A stretch of 64,000 nt of DNA. Origin: an uncultured delta proteobacterium (GTDB lineage Bacteria > Myxococcota_A > Polyangia > Polyangiales > Polyangiaceae). Shown piece by piece: positions 32,787 through 41,338 of this stretch. The DNA is taken from assembly GCA_963782055.1 (NCBI GenBank), contig CAWAIF010000003.1, positions 6,432,001 to 6,496,000 on the forward strand, in the 5' to 3' direction. The translations under genes were made by a program, and so were the position numbers. Each line of letters begins with the position of its first letter. Position 1 is the stretch's first letter. The notes below the pieces were generated by a model. That model did not search any database. It saw nothing but the letters and a program-made list of their open reading frames with translations, and was not told the origin of the DNA.

Positions 32787-33203
32787 ATGAGGATCAACCA
32801 GCGCAAGACAAGGATCGGTCGGTGGGTGCTCCTGCTCCCGCTGCTCGTCACCGGATGCGTCGTCGCCTCCCAGCCGGACCCGGCCGAGAGCAGCGAGACC
32901 CAGGGCCTCTCCACGGCGCCCGCGACCACGGCGGCGCAGCCCGTGCGCCTCGACACCACGGTCATGTGGGTCCCGGGCGTGGGGTACGTCCCCGTCCGGC
33001 CGCAGTCCCTCAACGGCGCGCCCGGCCCCAACAACGCCGGCGACCCCAGCGCGACCGGCGATGGCACGGGCAACGACCCGCACCCATCTCCCTGGCACGG
33101 AGACCTCACCGGCTCCGCCACCGGCGCCGACGACACCGAGGGCTGCGACCCGCACCCGTCCCCCTGGAACCCCCGCGGCAACGTCACGCGCTCCGTCCAG
33201 TAG
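32787..33203 (+). CDS. Small lipoprotein with duplicated DPHPSPW motif
   Basis: Signal peptide with VTGC lipobox; disordered body; DPHPSPW at 33075 and 33147. Confidence 0.7.
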   Translation: MRINQRKTRIGRWVLLLPLLVTGCVVASQPDPAESSETQGLSTAPATTAAQPVRLDTTVMWVPGVGYVPVRPQSLNGAPGPNNAGDPSATGDGTGNDPHPSPWHGDLTGSATGADDTEGCDPHPSPWNPRGNVTRSVQ

Positions 33204-33255
33204 CCCGCGCAACGGCCGACTCGTCACGCCTCGCGTGGCGTGACACACTGGCCTC

Positions 33256-35448
33256 GTGGAGGACCTCCGCCCCCGCACGACGCTCTTCTGCGCCGTCCTC
33301 GCCCTGGCCATCGCGCTGTCGATGCTGCTGCGCGGCCGGCGCGCCGTGCACTGGCTGTTCGCGGCCTTCGCGACCGACCTGGCGTCCTGGTACCTGACCC
33401 AGTCGCTCTACGGCCTCTTCCAGGCGCCCATCTGGGTGCGCGCCACGGCCGTGCTGACCGTGCTCTTGCCGCAGTTCGCGGTGCACCTCTTCCAGGCCGT
33501 CGTCCCGCTGGAGCACGACGCCAAGCGGCCGGTCCTGCCCCGCGTCGCCGCCATCCTGGCCGTGCCCATGCTGGTGCTGGAGCTCTCGCCCTACCAGAAC
33601 GCCTCGCTCGCGCTGGCGCTGCTCTACACCTACGTCTTCGGCCTGCTCGCCGCCGCGCTGGTCTCGCTCGCCCTGCGCGCCAGACGTAGCCCCTCCCGCG
33701 CGGTGCGCGACCGCGTCCGCTTCCTGGTCGTCGTCGGCGCGCTCGCCACCACCTTCACCCTCGCCGACTTCCTCTCCTTCATGGGCGTGGTGCTGCCGCC
33801 CATCGGCGCGGTGCTCTCCATCGTCTTCCTCTTCGTGCTCGCCGAGTCGCTCACGCGCCCGCGCCTGGCCGACCTGTACGAGATGGCGGGCCGCCTGCTC
33901 GTCGCGACCGCCCTCGCCTTCTCGCTGGCGGGCATCTTCTACGTCTTCGTCGCACTCGTCGGCCGCTTCAACACGATGTACCTGAACGCCGTCCTCGCGG
34001 CGATCGTCTTCCTCGTGCTCTTCGAGCCGTTGCAGACGGAGGTCGAGCGGCGCATCCACCAGTTCTTCTTCCGCGAGCGCTACGACCTGGAGACGAGCGT
34101 CGCGGAGCTCCGGCGCCGCCTCTCGCACGTGCTGGAGATCGACGAGATGGTGGAGACGCTCCTGTCCGGCCTGGAGCGCTCCCGCCGCGTCACGAGCTGC
34201 GCCATCTACCTGCGTGATCAGGACGGCCACGGCTTCGACCTGGCCGGGTCCTTCGGCGACGCCGCGCCCTCCGACGGGCAGCCTGTCTCCCCGCTCCTGG
34301 GGCGCATCCCGCGGCGCATCGAGGCGCTGGTCGCGCGCCCGCTGCTGGATCGCCTGCAGCACTCCAGCGTCTCTTTGGAGGAGCTCTCGCGCGAGGGGAA
34401 GGAGTCGGACACCTCCGTGCTCACCGCGGCGAGCACCGTGGGGCTGCTCGGCAGCTCGGTGCTGCTCGCGGTGCGCGGCGACGAGGACCAGCTGGTGGGC
34501 ATCATCGTGGTGGCCGACTCCCGCGTGCGCGACGCCTTCACGCCGGAGGAGATCTCCCTGCTGGAGACCGTCGCCTCGCAGATCGGCGTCGCCATCGCCA
34601 ACAGCCGCATCTACTCGCAGATGAAGGAGCGCGATCGCCTCGCCGCGCTCGGCGCGATGGCGGCCGGCCTGGCGCACGAGGTGAAGAACCCCCTGGGCGC
34701 CATCAAGGGCGCGGCGCAGCTCCTGGAGGAGATGGGCGTGCAGGGCGAGGGCGAGGGCCAGCGCGAGTTCGTGGGCATCATCCTGGAGGAGGTGAACCGC
34801 CTGGACCGCGTCGTCGGCAGCTTCCTCGACTACGCGCGGCCGCACGCGGGCAACCCCATCCCGCTCGACCTGAGCGGCGCGGTGCGGCGCACCGTGCAGA
34901 TCCTCTCCAGCCAGCAGGGCGAGGACGTGAACATCCAGCTCGAGCTGGCCGAGAGCCTGCCGCGCGTGAAGATCGACCCCGAGCAGTTCCGGCAGGTGCT
35001 CATCAACCTGGTGCAGAACGCCATCCAGGCGATGAGCGGCAAGGGGCGCGTCACCGTGAGCACGTCGGCGCGCAGGCCGCCCTCGCGCGTGTGGAGCAGC
35101 TCCTCGTCCAGCTGGGCGTCGGCGCCGCCGAGCGAGCGCATCGCCCGCAACGCCGAGCCGGAGGTGGTGGAGGTCTCGGTGCGCGACACCGGCCCGGGCA
35201 TCTCCCAGAAGGTGCTCAAGAACCTCTTCGTGCCCTTCTTCACCACCAAGGAGCGAGGCACAGGCCTGGGCCTCGCCATCAGCCAGAGCATCGTGCAGAA
35301 CGCGGGCGGCACCATCCAGGTCCACAGCCAGCCCGGCGCGGGCACCACCTTCACCATCGTGCTGCCCGCGTCCACCGACACCCTCGCCACGCCGTTGCCC
35401 GAGCCTGTGTCCCCCGTGCCGGCGCCCGCCGCTCCCGCCAAGGCGTGA
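33256..35448 (+). CDS. Membrane sensor histidine kinase (multi-TM, GAF, HisKA, HATPase)
   Basis: AHEVKNPL H-box, NLVQNAIQA, DTGPGI, F.PFFTTK, GTGLGL; about 8 N-terminal TMs. Confidence 0.93.
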   Translation: MEDLRPRTTLFCAVLALAIALSMLLRGRRAVHWLFAAFATDLASWYLTQSLYGLFQAPIWVRATAVLTVLLPQFAVHLFQAVVPLEHDAKRPVLPRVAAILAVPMLVLELSPYQNASLALALLYTYVFGLLAAALVSLALRARRSPSRAVRDRVRFLVVVGALATTFTLADFLSFMGVVLPPIGAVLSIVFLFVLAESLTRPRLADLYEMAGRLLVATALAFSLAGIFYVFVALVGRFNTMYLNAVLAAIVFLVLFEPLQTEVERRIHQFFFRERYDLETSVAELRRRLSHVLEIDEMVETLLSGLERSRRVTSCAIYLRDQDGHGFDLAGSFGDAAPSDGQPVSPLLGRIPRRIEALVARPLLDRLQHSSVSLEELSREGKESDTSVLTAASTVGLLGSSVLLAVRGDEDQLVGIIVVADSRVRDAFTPEEISLLETVASQIGVAIANSRIYSQMKERDRLAALGAMAAGLAHEVKNPLGAIKGAAQLLEEMGVQGEGEGQREFVGIILEEVNRLDRVVGSFLDYARPHAGNPIPLDLSGAVRRTVQILSSQQGEDVNIQLELAESLPRVKIDPEQFRQVLINLVQNAIQAMSGKGRVTVSTSARRPPSRVWSSSSSSWASAPPSERIARNAEPEVVEVSVRDTGPGISQKVLKNLFVPFFTTKERGTGLGLAISQSIVQNAGGTIQVHSQPGAGTTFTIVLPASTDTLATPLPEPVSPVPAPAAPAKA

Positions 35449-35450
35449 GG

Positions 35451-36251
35451 GTGAGCGCCGCGAGGACCGCACGGCGCCTCGCTGCGGCGCTGCTGATGGC
35501 GCTGCCGGTCTTGCCGGCCACGGGTGACGCGCGGGCCTCGGCGCTCCGCGAGGCCGGCGCGCGGACCGCTGGCTCGACGCTGGCGATCGGCGATCTGGAG
35601 ATCGACCTGGTACGCGTCGCGGCGGGCACGAAGGGGGCCGGCACCGCCCGGGACTTCTACGTCGCCCGCGAGCCCACCTCCCGCGGCGCCTTCGCCGCCT
35701 TCGTCAAGGAGACGGGCTACCTCACCGAGGCGGAGCGCGCCGCGAAGCACGCGGGGGACGCGGCGCTGACCGCCGCCCGCACGTGGAGCTCGCCTGGCTT
35801 CGCGCAGCGCGACGGCCAGCCGGTGCTGTTCGTCAGCCAGGTGGACGCCGTGGCCTTCACCGCGTGGGCCTCGGCGAAGACGGGCAGGACGGTGCGCCTG
35901 CCGACGGAGGCGGAGCACGCCCTGGCGCTCCACGCCGGCGCGATCGCCCCCGCCCGTGGGGGCACCAGCCCGCTGCGCGAGTGGTGCGCCGGCCAGGAGG
36001 GCGACGAGGCGGCGGGCGCGCCCGACGCCGATCAGGGCTTCCGCGTGGTGGCGGACGTCCCCGCGGGCCTCGCCGCGTCGCTCTCCGCGGTGCCGCCGCT
36101 CGTGCCGCCGGGGGGGCCGCGCGGTGTCGCGGGCGTGGCGCCCGGAGCCCCGAAGGACGACGGCGGGATCGGGTGGCTCGGCGTGATCTCGGGGATCGCG
36201 GGGGCGGCGCTGGTGATGCTCCTGGTGATCGGAAGAAGGCGGAGGGGGTGA
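35451..36251 (+). CDS. FGE-sulfatase (SUMF1)-domain protein with C-terminal TM and basic tail
   Basis: Signal peptide; PV..VS..DA.AF..W, RLPTEAE, REWC, GFRVV; tail GGIGWLG..LLVIGRRRRG. Confidence 0.75.
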   Translation: MSAARTARRLAAALLMALPVLPATGDARASALREAGARTAGSTLAIGDLEIDLVRVAAGTKGAGTARDFYVAREPTSRGAFAAFVKETGYLTEAERAAKHAGDAALTAARTWSSPGFAQRDGQPVLFVSQVDAVAFTAWASAKTGRTVRLPTEAEHALALHAGAIAPARGGTSPLREWCAGQEGDEAAGAPDADQGFRVVADVPAGLAASLSAVPPLVPPGGPRGVAGVAPGAPKDDGGIGWLGVISGIAGAALVMLLVIGRRRRG

Positions 36252-36254
36252 GAA

Positions 36255-36335
36255 GATTGGGGGGGCCCCTCCTGGCTCGAGAGCTTGCGCGCGAGCCTCC
36301 TTCCCTTGCCTTCGCTCGCTCGGGCGGGGAGGAGG
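36255..36335. repeat. Three-hairpin element, inverted miniature copy 3
   Basis: 36259-36272 is the reverse complement of 36601-36614; 36283-36297 is the reverse complement of 2231-2245. Confidence 0.7.
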
Positions 36336-36451
36336 TCCGGGGCGGTGGTGGGCTGGCCATGGACGAGGAGGCGACGCGGTCCGGAGGGCTGCTCTGGCGG
36401 GCGTTCGCATGCTCGCGCTTCGCTCCAGCCTGCACACCAGCGAGCAGGACA

Positions 36452-36620
36452 CCCTCCCCGTGTGGCGCGCGGAGCGCGACACCGAGGGGAGGGGCGCCAC
36501 GCGCAGGGCCCACGCGCAAGCTCGCGTGCGCGCCGGCGCTCGTGATGAGGTGCACGCTGGCGGCGCGCGCGCGAGCGAGCATGGGCCCGAGCACGGCGCG
36601 GGAGGGGCCCCCCCTCCTCT
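36452..36620. repeat. Dispersed three-hairpin element, copy 2
   Basis: Colinear with 2176-2345, with compensatory changes in the stems. Confidence 0.85.
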
Positions 36621-36621
36621 C

Positions 36622-38310
36622 TCAATCCCCCTGCATCAACCCGCGCACGCTGCCGTCCGCCTGCAGCTCCACGTGCCACGCCGCCGGCTCCCGCGGCAGG
36701 CCGGGCATCGTCAGCATGTCGCCCGTCAGCGGGACCAGGAAGCCCGCGCCCGCCGAGACGCGCACCTCGCGCACGGTGATGCGGAAGCCCGTCGGCGCGC
36801 CGTGGCGCGACGGATCGTCGGTGAGGGAGAGCTGCGTCTTGGCCATGCACACCGGCAGCTTCTCCGCGCCGAGCGTCCGCGCGCGCGCCAGGTCCGCCTT
36901 CGCGCGCGCGGTGAGGTCCACGCCGTCGGCGCCGTAGACGGCGCGGGCCACCTTCTCCATCTTCGCCTCCGGCGGGTCGGCGGCCTCGTAGGCGTACCGC
37001 GCGACCGGCGGCGAGGCGTCCGTCGCGTCGGCGGCGTCCGCGACGACCTGCGCGAGCGCCACGGCACCCTCCCCGCCCCGCGCGAAGCCCTCGCTGCGCG
37101 CGCACGCGGCGCCCAGCCTCGCCGACGCCGCCTCCACCGCGCGCAGCTCGTCCTCCGTGTCGCCGGGGAAGACGTTGATCGCCACCACCGCGGGCAGCCC
37201 GAAGCCGGCGAGGCTCGCGAGGTGACGCTCCAGGTGCGCGACGCCGCGCTGGAGCGCCGCGGCGTCCGGACGCGACGCCTCCTTCACCGCCAGGCCCCCG
37301 TGCATGCGCAGCGCGCGCAGCGTCACGACGAGCACGGCGACGCGCGGCCACACGCCCATCTGCCGGCACTTGATGTCCAGGAACTTCTCCCCGCCCAGGT
37401 CGAAGCCGAAGCCCGCCTCGGTGACGGCGTAGTCGCCCAGGTGCATCGCCAGGCGCGTGGCGAGCACGCTGTTGCACCCGTGGGCGATGTTGCCGAAGGG
37501 CCCGGTGTGCACCAGCGCCGCGCCGCCCTCCGCCGTCTGCACCAGGTTGGGCAGGAGGGCGTCGCGCAGCAGCGCGGTCATCGCCCCCGCCGCGCCGACC
37601 TCCTCCGCCGTGACCGCCGCGCCGCTCGTCGTCGCGGCCACCACGATGCGCCCCAGCCGCGCGCGCAGGTCGGCGTGGCTCTCGGCCAGGGCGAGCACCG
37701 CCATCACCTCGCTCGCGGCGGTGATGTCGAAGCGCTCCTCGCGCGGGACCCCGTGCGCCTTGCCGCCCAGACCCACCACGCAGTGGCGCAGGAAGCGGTC
37801 GTTGATGTCCAGCGCGCGGCCCCAGCGCACCTGCCGTGGGTCGATCTCGGCGCGCGGCGCGCCGCCCGTCACGGGCACCGCCTGGCGGAAGTGCAGCGCG
37901 TTGTCGACGAGCGCGGAGAGCAGGTTGTGGGCGCTGGTGATGGCGTGGATGTCCCCGGTGAAGTGCAGGTTGATGTCGTCGGCGGGGACGAGGGAGGCCT
38001 TGCCGCCTCCGGTGCCGCCGCCCTTGACGCCGAACACCGGCCCGAGCGACGGCTCCCGCAGGGCGAGCACCGCCTTCTTGCCCAGACGGCGCATGCCCAT
38101 CGCCAGCGCCACCGACGTCGTCGTCTTCCCCTCCCCGGCGGGCGTGGGGTTGATCGCCGTCACCAGCACCAGCCGCCCCTCGCCGCGCGGCGGCACCTGC
38201 AGCGCCTCCAGCCCCACCTTCGCCTTGTCGCGTCCCCACGCGATCGAGAAGGCCTCCAGCCCGTGCTCCACCGCGACGTCCAGGATGGGCCTGCGCGCGA
38301 AGTCCACCAT
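36622..38310 (-). CDS. fhs: Formate--tetrahydrofolate ligase
   Basis: TAINPTPAGEGKTT, REPSLGP.FG.KGG, NLHFTGD.HAI, GPFGNIAHG, MAKTQ.S, TMPGLP. Confidence 0.97.
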   Translation of the reverse strand: MVDFARRPILDVAVEHGLEAFSIAWGRDKAKVGLEALQVPPRGEGRLVLVTAINPTPAGEGKTTTSVALAMGMRRLGKKAVLALREPSLGPVFGVKGGGTGGGKASLVPADDINLHFTGDIHAITSAHNLLSALVDNALHFRQAVPVTGGAPRAEIDPRQVRWGRALDINDRFLRHCVVGLGGKAHGVPREERFDITAASEVMAVLALAESHADLRARLGRIVVAATTSGAAVTAEEVGAAGAMTALLRDALLPNLVQTAEGGAALVHTGPFGNIAHGCNSVLATRLAMHLGDYAVTEAGFGFDLGGEKFLDIKCRQMGVWPRVAVLVVTLRALRMHGGLAVKEASRPDAAALQRGVAHLERHLASLAGFGLPAVVAINVFPGDTEDELRAVEAASARLGAACARSEGFARGGEGAVALAQVVADAADATDASPPVARYAYEAADPPEAKMEKVARAVYGADGVDLTARAKADLARARTLGAEKLPVCMAKTQLSLTDDPSRHGAPTGFRITVREVRVSAGAGFLVPLTGDMLTMPGLPREPAAWHVELQADGSVRGLMQGD

Positions 38311-39392
38311 CAGCCGTACCGCTGCTCGAAGAGGGCGCGCAGCGACGGCATGGCCCGGAGCATGCCCAGCGAATGCTCGGCGTGACCGCGCGCGAAGCCA
38401 TTGCCGATGAAGAGGTCGACGTCCTTGCCGACGCCCTCCGCCCCCAGCGCCGCCTTGGTGAAGCTCGTCGACATGGCGAAGAAGTACGCGATGCCGCGGT
38501 CGCGCGCGCACAGGATGGCGCCCATCTCCACGTCGGGCACGTTGACGCAGGAGAAGACCACGTCGGCCTCCTTGCCGCCGGTGCGCGCCAGCACCTCGCG
38601 GCGGGTGGCGACCGGATCGCGGGCATCGGCGCGCACGACGTGATCGCACACGCCGAGCGCCTCGAGCTCCGCGGCGAAGGGCGCGTGCGACTCCACCCCG
38701 ACGACGAGCGCCTCCTCGCCGCCGGCGCGACGCGCCTCCGCCGCGCAGAGCACGCCGCTCTTGCCGCCGGCGCCCAGGATGACGACGCACGCGCCGGGCC
38801 GGACCAGCCGCGCCACCTGCGGCGCGGCGCCGGCCACGTCCAGCACCGCGAGCGCGACCCGCTCCGGCAGGTCCTCGGGCATGCGCGCGTAGGGCGACGA
38901 GGCGAAGAGCACCGCCTCGCCGTCGACGTCCAGCTGCGCGCTCGCCGGGCGTACCGCGCGCACGGCGTCGATGCGCAGCGGCGTCAGGGAGAGGGAGACC
39001 AGCGAGGCGACCCGGTCGCCCACCGCCAGCGCGCCGTCGCCCTCCCGGCCCGGGGCGAGCTGGAGGACCCGCCCGAGGAGCATCCCCCCCGATCCGGTGA
39101 CCGGGTTGTGCTGTTTTCCACGGCGCCCCACCGTCGCCCGGACCAGCTCGACCACACCCTCCTCGGCGCCCCCGCCGGAGGCCGCGCTCGCCTCCTCCAT
39201 CTGCCGGAAGCTCGCCGCGTCGACGTTGAGCGTCTCCACCGCGATGAGCATCTCACCGCGGAAAAGCCGCCCGAAATCGCTGTCCAGGCGCTCGGCGGGT
39301 TGAGGCAGGCTGCCCGCCGGCTCCAGCGCCCGGTGGGTCCCGAAGGGGTCACCGGCCGCCTCGACGGGCCTCGGCGTCGGAAGGGGCTTCAC
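38310..39392 (-). CDS. kdd: L-erythro-3,5-diaminohexanoate dehydrogenase
   Basis: G.HR.LEP.GSLPQPA, LNVDAASF.Q, RGKQHNPVTGSGGML, LDVAGA.PQ, FTKAALGAEGVG, IGNG. Confidence 0.9.
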   Translation of the reverse strand: MKPLPTPRPVEAAGDPFGTHRALEPAGSLPQPAERLDSDFGRLFRGEMLIAVETLNVDAASFRQMEEASAASGGGAEEGVVELVRATVGRRGKQHNPVTGSGGMLLGRVLQLAPGREGDGALAVGDRVASLVSLSLTPLRIDAVRAVRPASAQLDVDGEAVLFASSPYARMPEDLPERVALAVLDVAGAAPQVARLVRPGACVVILGAGGKSGVLCAAEARRAGGEEALVVGVESHAPFAAELEALGVCDHVVRADARDPVATRREVLARTGGKEADVVFSCVNVPDVEMGAILCARDRGIAYFFAMSTSFTKAALGAEGVGKDVDLFIGNGFARGHAEHSLGMLRAMPSLRALFEQRYG

Positions 39393-39518
39393 GCGGCCAC
39401 CATAGCCCGCAACTTCGGCCGGAACTACGCCGACTTGACCACCTTTGGCCATGGTAGCTACCCTTTTACCGACGTGGCAGAAGGCCTTGAGACTCGTCCG
39501 GCGTGGGCGCCCGAAGCG

Positions 39519-40475
39519 ATGAACGATCCGTCAATCCCTGGACCGCAGCAACGCGGAAAGACGTTCGTCCTTCGTTTCATCAGCGGCAAGTACCAGGGCG
39601 GAGAATTCCCGGTCACGCCGGGCAAGGAGATCATCGTCGGGCGGTCGAGCGATCTGGACATGGTCCTGGTCGAGGACATGGTCAGCCGCAAGCACGCCCG
39701 CATCAACCTGCAGGCGGACGGCATCTGGATCGAGGACCTCGGCTCGACCAACGGCACCTTCGTCAACGGCGAGAAGATCAAGCGCGCCCGCCTCAAGGAG
39801 GGCGACCGCATCCTCATCGGCACCAGCATCCTGAAGGTCATCGCGGGAGAGGGCGCGCCGGAGAGCACGAGCACCACAGACGCCAAGCGCGAGCTGGAGA
39901 GCGTGGCGGCGCAGCGGCGCACCAGCCAGGCGCGCACCATGTCCGGCGCCATCGAGGAGGTGCCGCTGCCCGACCTGATGCAGCTCTTCGGCACCTCCAA
40001 GAAGAACGGCGTGCTGGTCATCCGCACCGACGACGACGTCGGCAAGATCTACCTGCGCAAGGGCAACATCTACTACGCGCAGATCAACGAGCTGGACGAC
40101 GTCCCCCCGCTCAAGGCGCTCTTCCGCATGCTCACCTGGAAGAAGGGCCTCTTCGACCTGGACCCGCCGGACGAGCGGCAGTTCCCCGGCGAGATCGACG
40201 TCACCGTCCAGGAAGTCCTCATGGAGGGCATGCGGCAGCTGGACGAGTTCGACCAGCTCCGCGCCGAGCTCCCCGACCTCAACGCGCGCCTCGCCCTCGG
40301 GGCGCCGCTCATCCCCCCGCTGCGCGATCTCAAGGCGGAGGAGCTGGACGTGCTCCAGCTCGCCCACAACTACGGCCACGTCGAGACGGTGCTCAACAAG
40401 AGCCTGGCGACCGACCTGGAGACCGTGCAGATCCTCCTCAAGCTGCTGAAGGCCTCGTACCTGCGGGCGGAGTAG
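39519..40475 (+). CDS. FHA + DUF4388 domain protein
   Basis: VGRS, VSRKHA, DLGSTNGTFVNG; MSG.IEE..LPDL.Q, G.IY..KG.I, W..G.F. Confidence 0.9.
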   Translation: MNDPSIPGPQQRGKTFVLRFISGKYQGGEFPVTPGKEIIVGRSSDLDMVLVEDMVSRKHARINLQADGIWIEDLGSTNGTFVNGEKIKRARLKEGDRILIGTSILKVIAGEGAPESTSTTDAKRELESVAAQRRTSQARTMSGAIEEVPLPDLMQLFGTSKKNGVLVIRTDDDVGKIYLRKGNIYYAQINELDDVPPLKALFRMLTWKKGLFDLDPPDERQFPGEIDVTVQEVLMEGMRQLDEFDQLRAELPDLNARLALGAPLIPPLRDLKAEELDVLQLAHNYGHVETVLNKSLATDLETVQILLKLLKASYLRAE

Positions 40476-40477
40476 GG

Positions 40478-41242
40478 ATGCGCGTCGTCGTGACCGGCGC
40501 CTCGAGCGGCATCGGCCGCTCGCTGGCGCTGGCGTGGGCCCGGCGCGGGGCGCACCTGATCCTCTCCGCCCGCGGCGCCGACGCCCTCGCCCGGGTGGCG
40601 CGGGAGGTGGAGGACGCCGGCGGCCGGGCCACGGTGTGCGACGCCGACCTCACCCGCTCGCGCGATCGCGTCAGGCTGATCGACCGCGCCCTGGCGGAGG
40701 GCGGCGTGGACGTGCTGGTGAACAACGCCGGCCGCGGCTACTACGCCCTCTTCCAGGACATCGACGTGGTGGAGCTGGAGAATCTCTTCGCGCTCAACGT
40801 CGTCGCGCCGGTCCACCTGACGCAGCTCGCCCTGCCTTCGCTGCGCAAGTCGCAGGGCGCGGTGGTGATGATGTCCTCGGTGGCGGGCGTCGCCTCCTCC
40901 CCGAAGCTGGGCGCCTACGCCGCGAGCAAGTTCGCCCTGGAGGCGCTGAGCGTCGCGCTGCGCGCCGAGGAGCCGGAGCTGCGCGTGGTCGTGGTGCGGC
41001 CGGGCCCGGTGGACACCCCCTTCCGCGCCAACGCCTTCACCCGCAGGACGGGCGCCGGCGTGCGGCCGAAGGCGGCGCGCGTGCAGACCCCGGAGGAGGT
41101 GGCCGAGCTCACCCTCCGCGCGGTGGACGAGGGCGAGCCGGTCGTGGAGACGACGGCCTTCGTGCGCGTGGCGTCGCTGGCGTCGCGGTTGGCGCCGGGC
41201 GTCTTCCGTCGCGTCGCCCGCCGCATGGCCCGCTCCTCCTGA
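40478..41242 (+). CDS. SDR family oxidoreductase
   Basis: TGASSGIG, NNAG, YAASK. Confidence 0.92.
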   Translation: MRVVVTGASSGIGRSLALAWARRGAHLILSARGADALARVAREVEDAGGRATVCDADLTRSRDRVRLIDRALAEGGVDVLVNNAGRGYYALFQDIDVVELENLFALNVVAPVHLTQLALPSLRKSQGAVVMMSSVAGVASSPKLGAYAASKFALEALSVALRAEEPELRVVVVRPGPVDTPFRANAFTRRTGAGVRPKAARVQTPEEVAELTLRAVDEGEPVVETTAFVRVASLASRLAPGVFRRVARRMARSS

Positions 41243-41275
41243 ACCGGCGCCCGCGCGCGCGGCCTACCGCCGCAC

Positions 41276-41314
41276 AAAAGCAGAGCGCCCCGGACCTTTC
41301 GGCCCGAGGCGCTC
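41276..41314 (-). terminator. Rho-independent terminator of the large metalloprotease gene
   Basis: Minus strand GAGCGCCTCGGGCC-GAAA-GGTCCGGGGCGCTC followed by TGCTTTT. Confidence 0.8.
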
Positions 41315-41338
41315 ATGCCTACCGTGCGCGGTGCGCGC

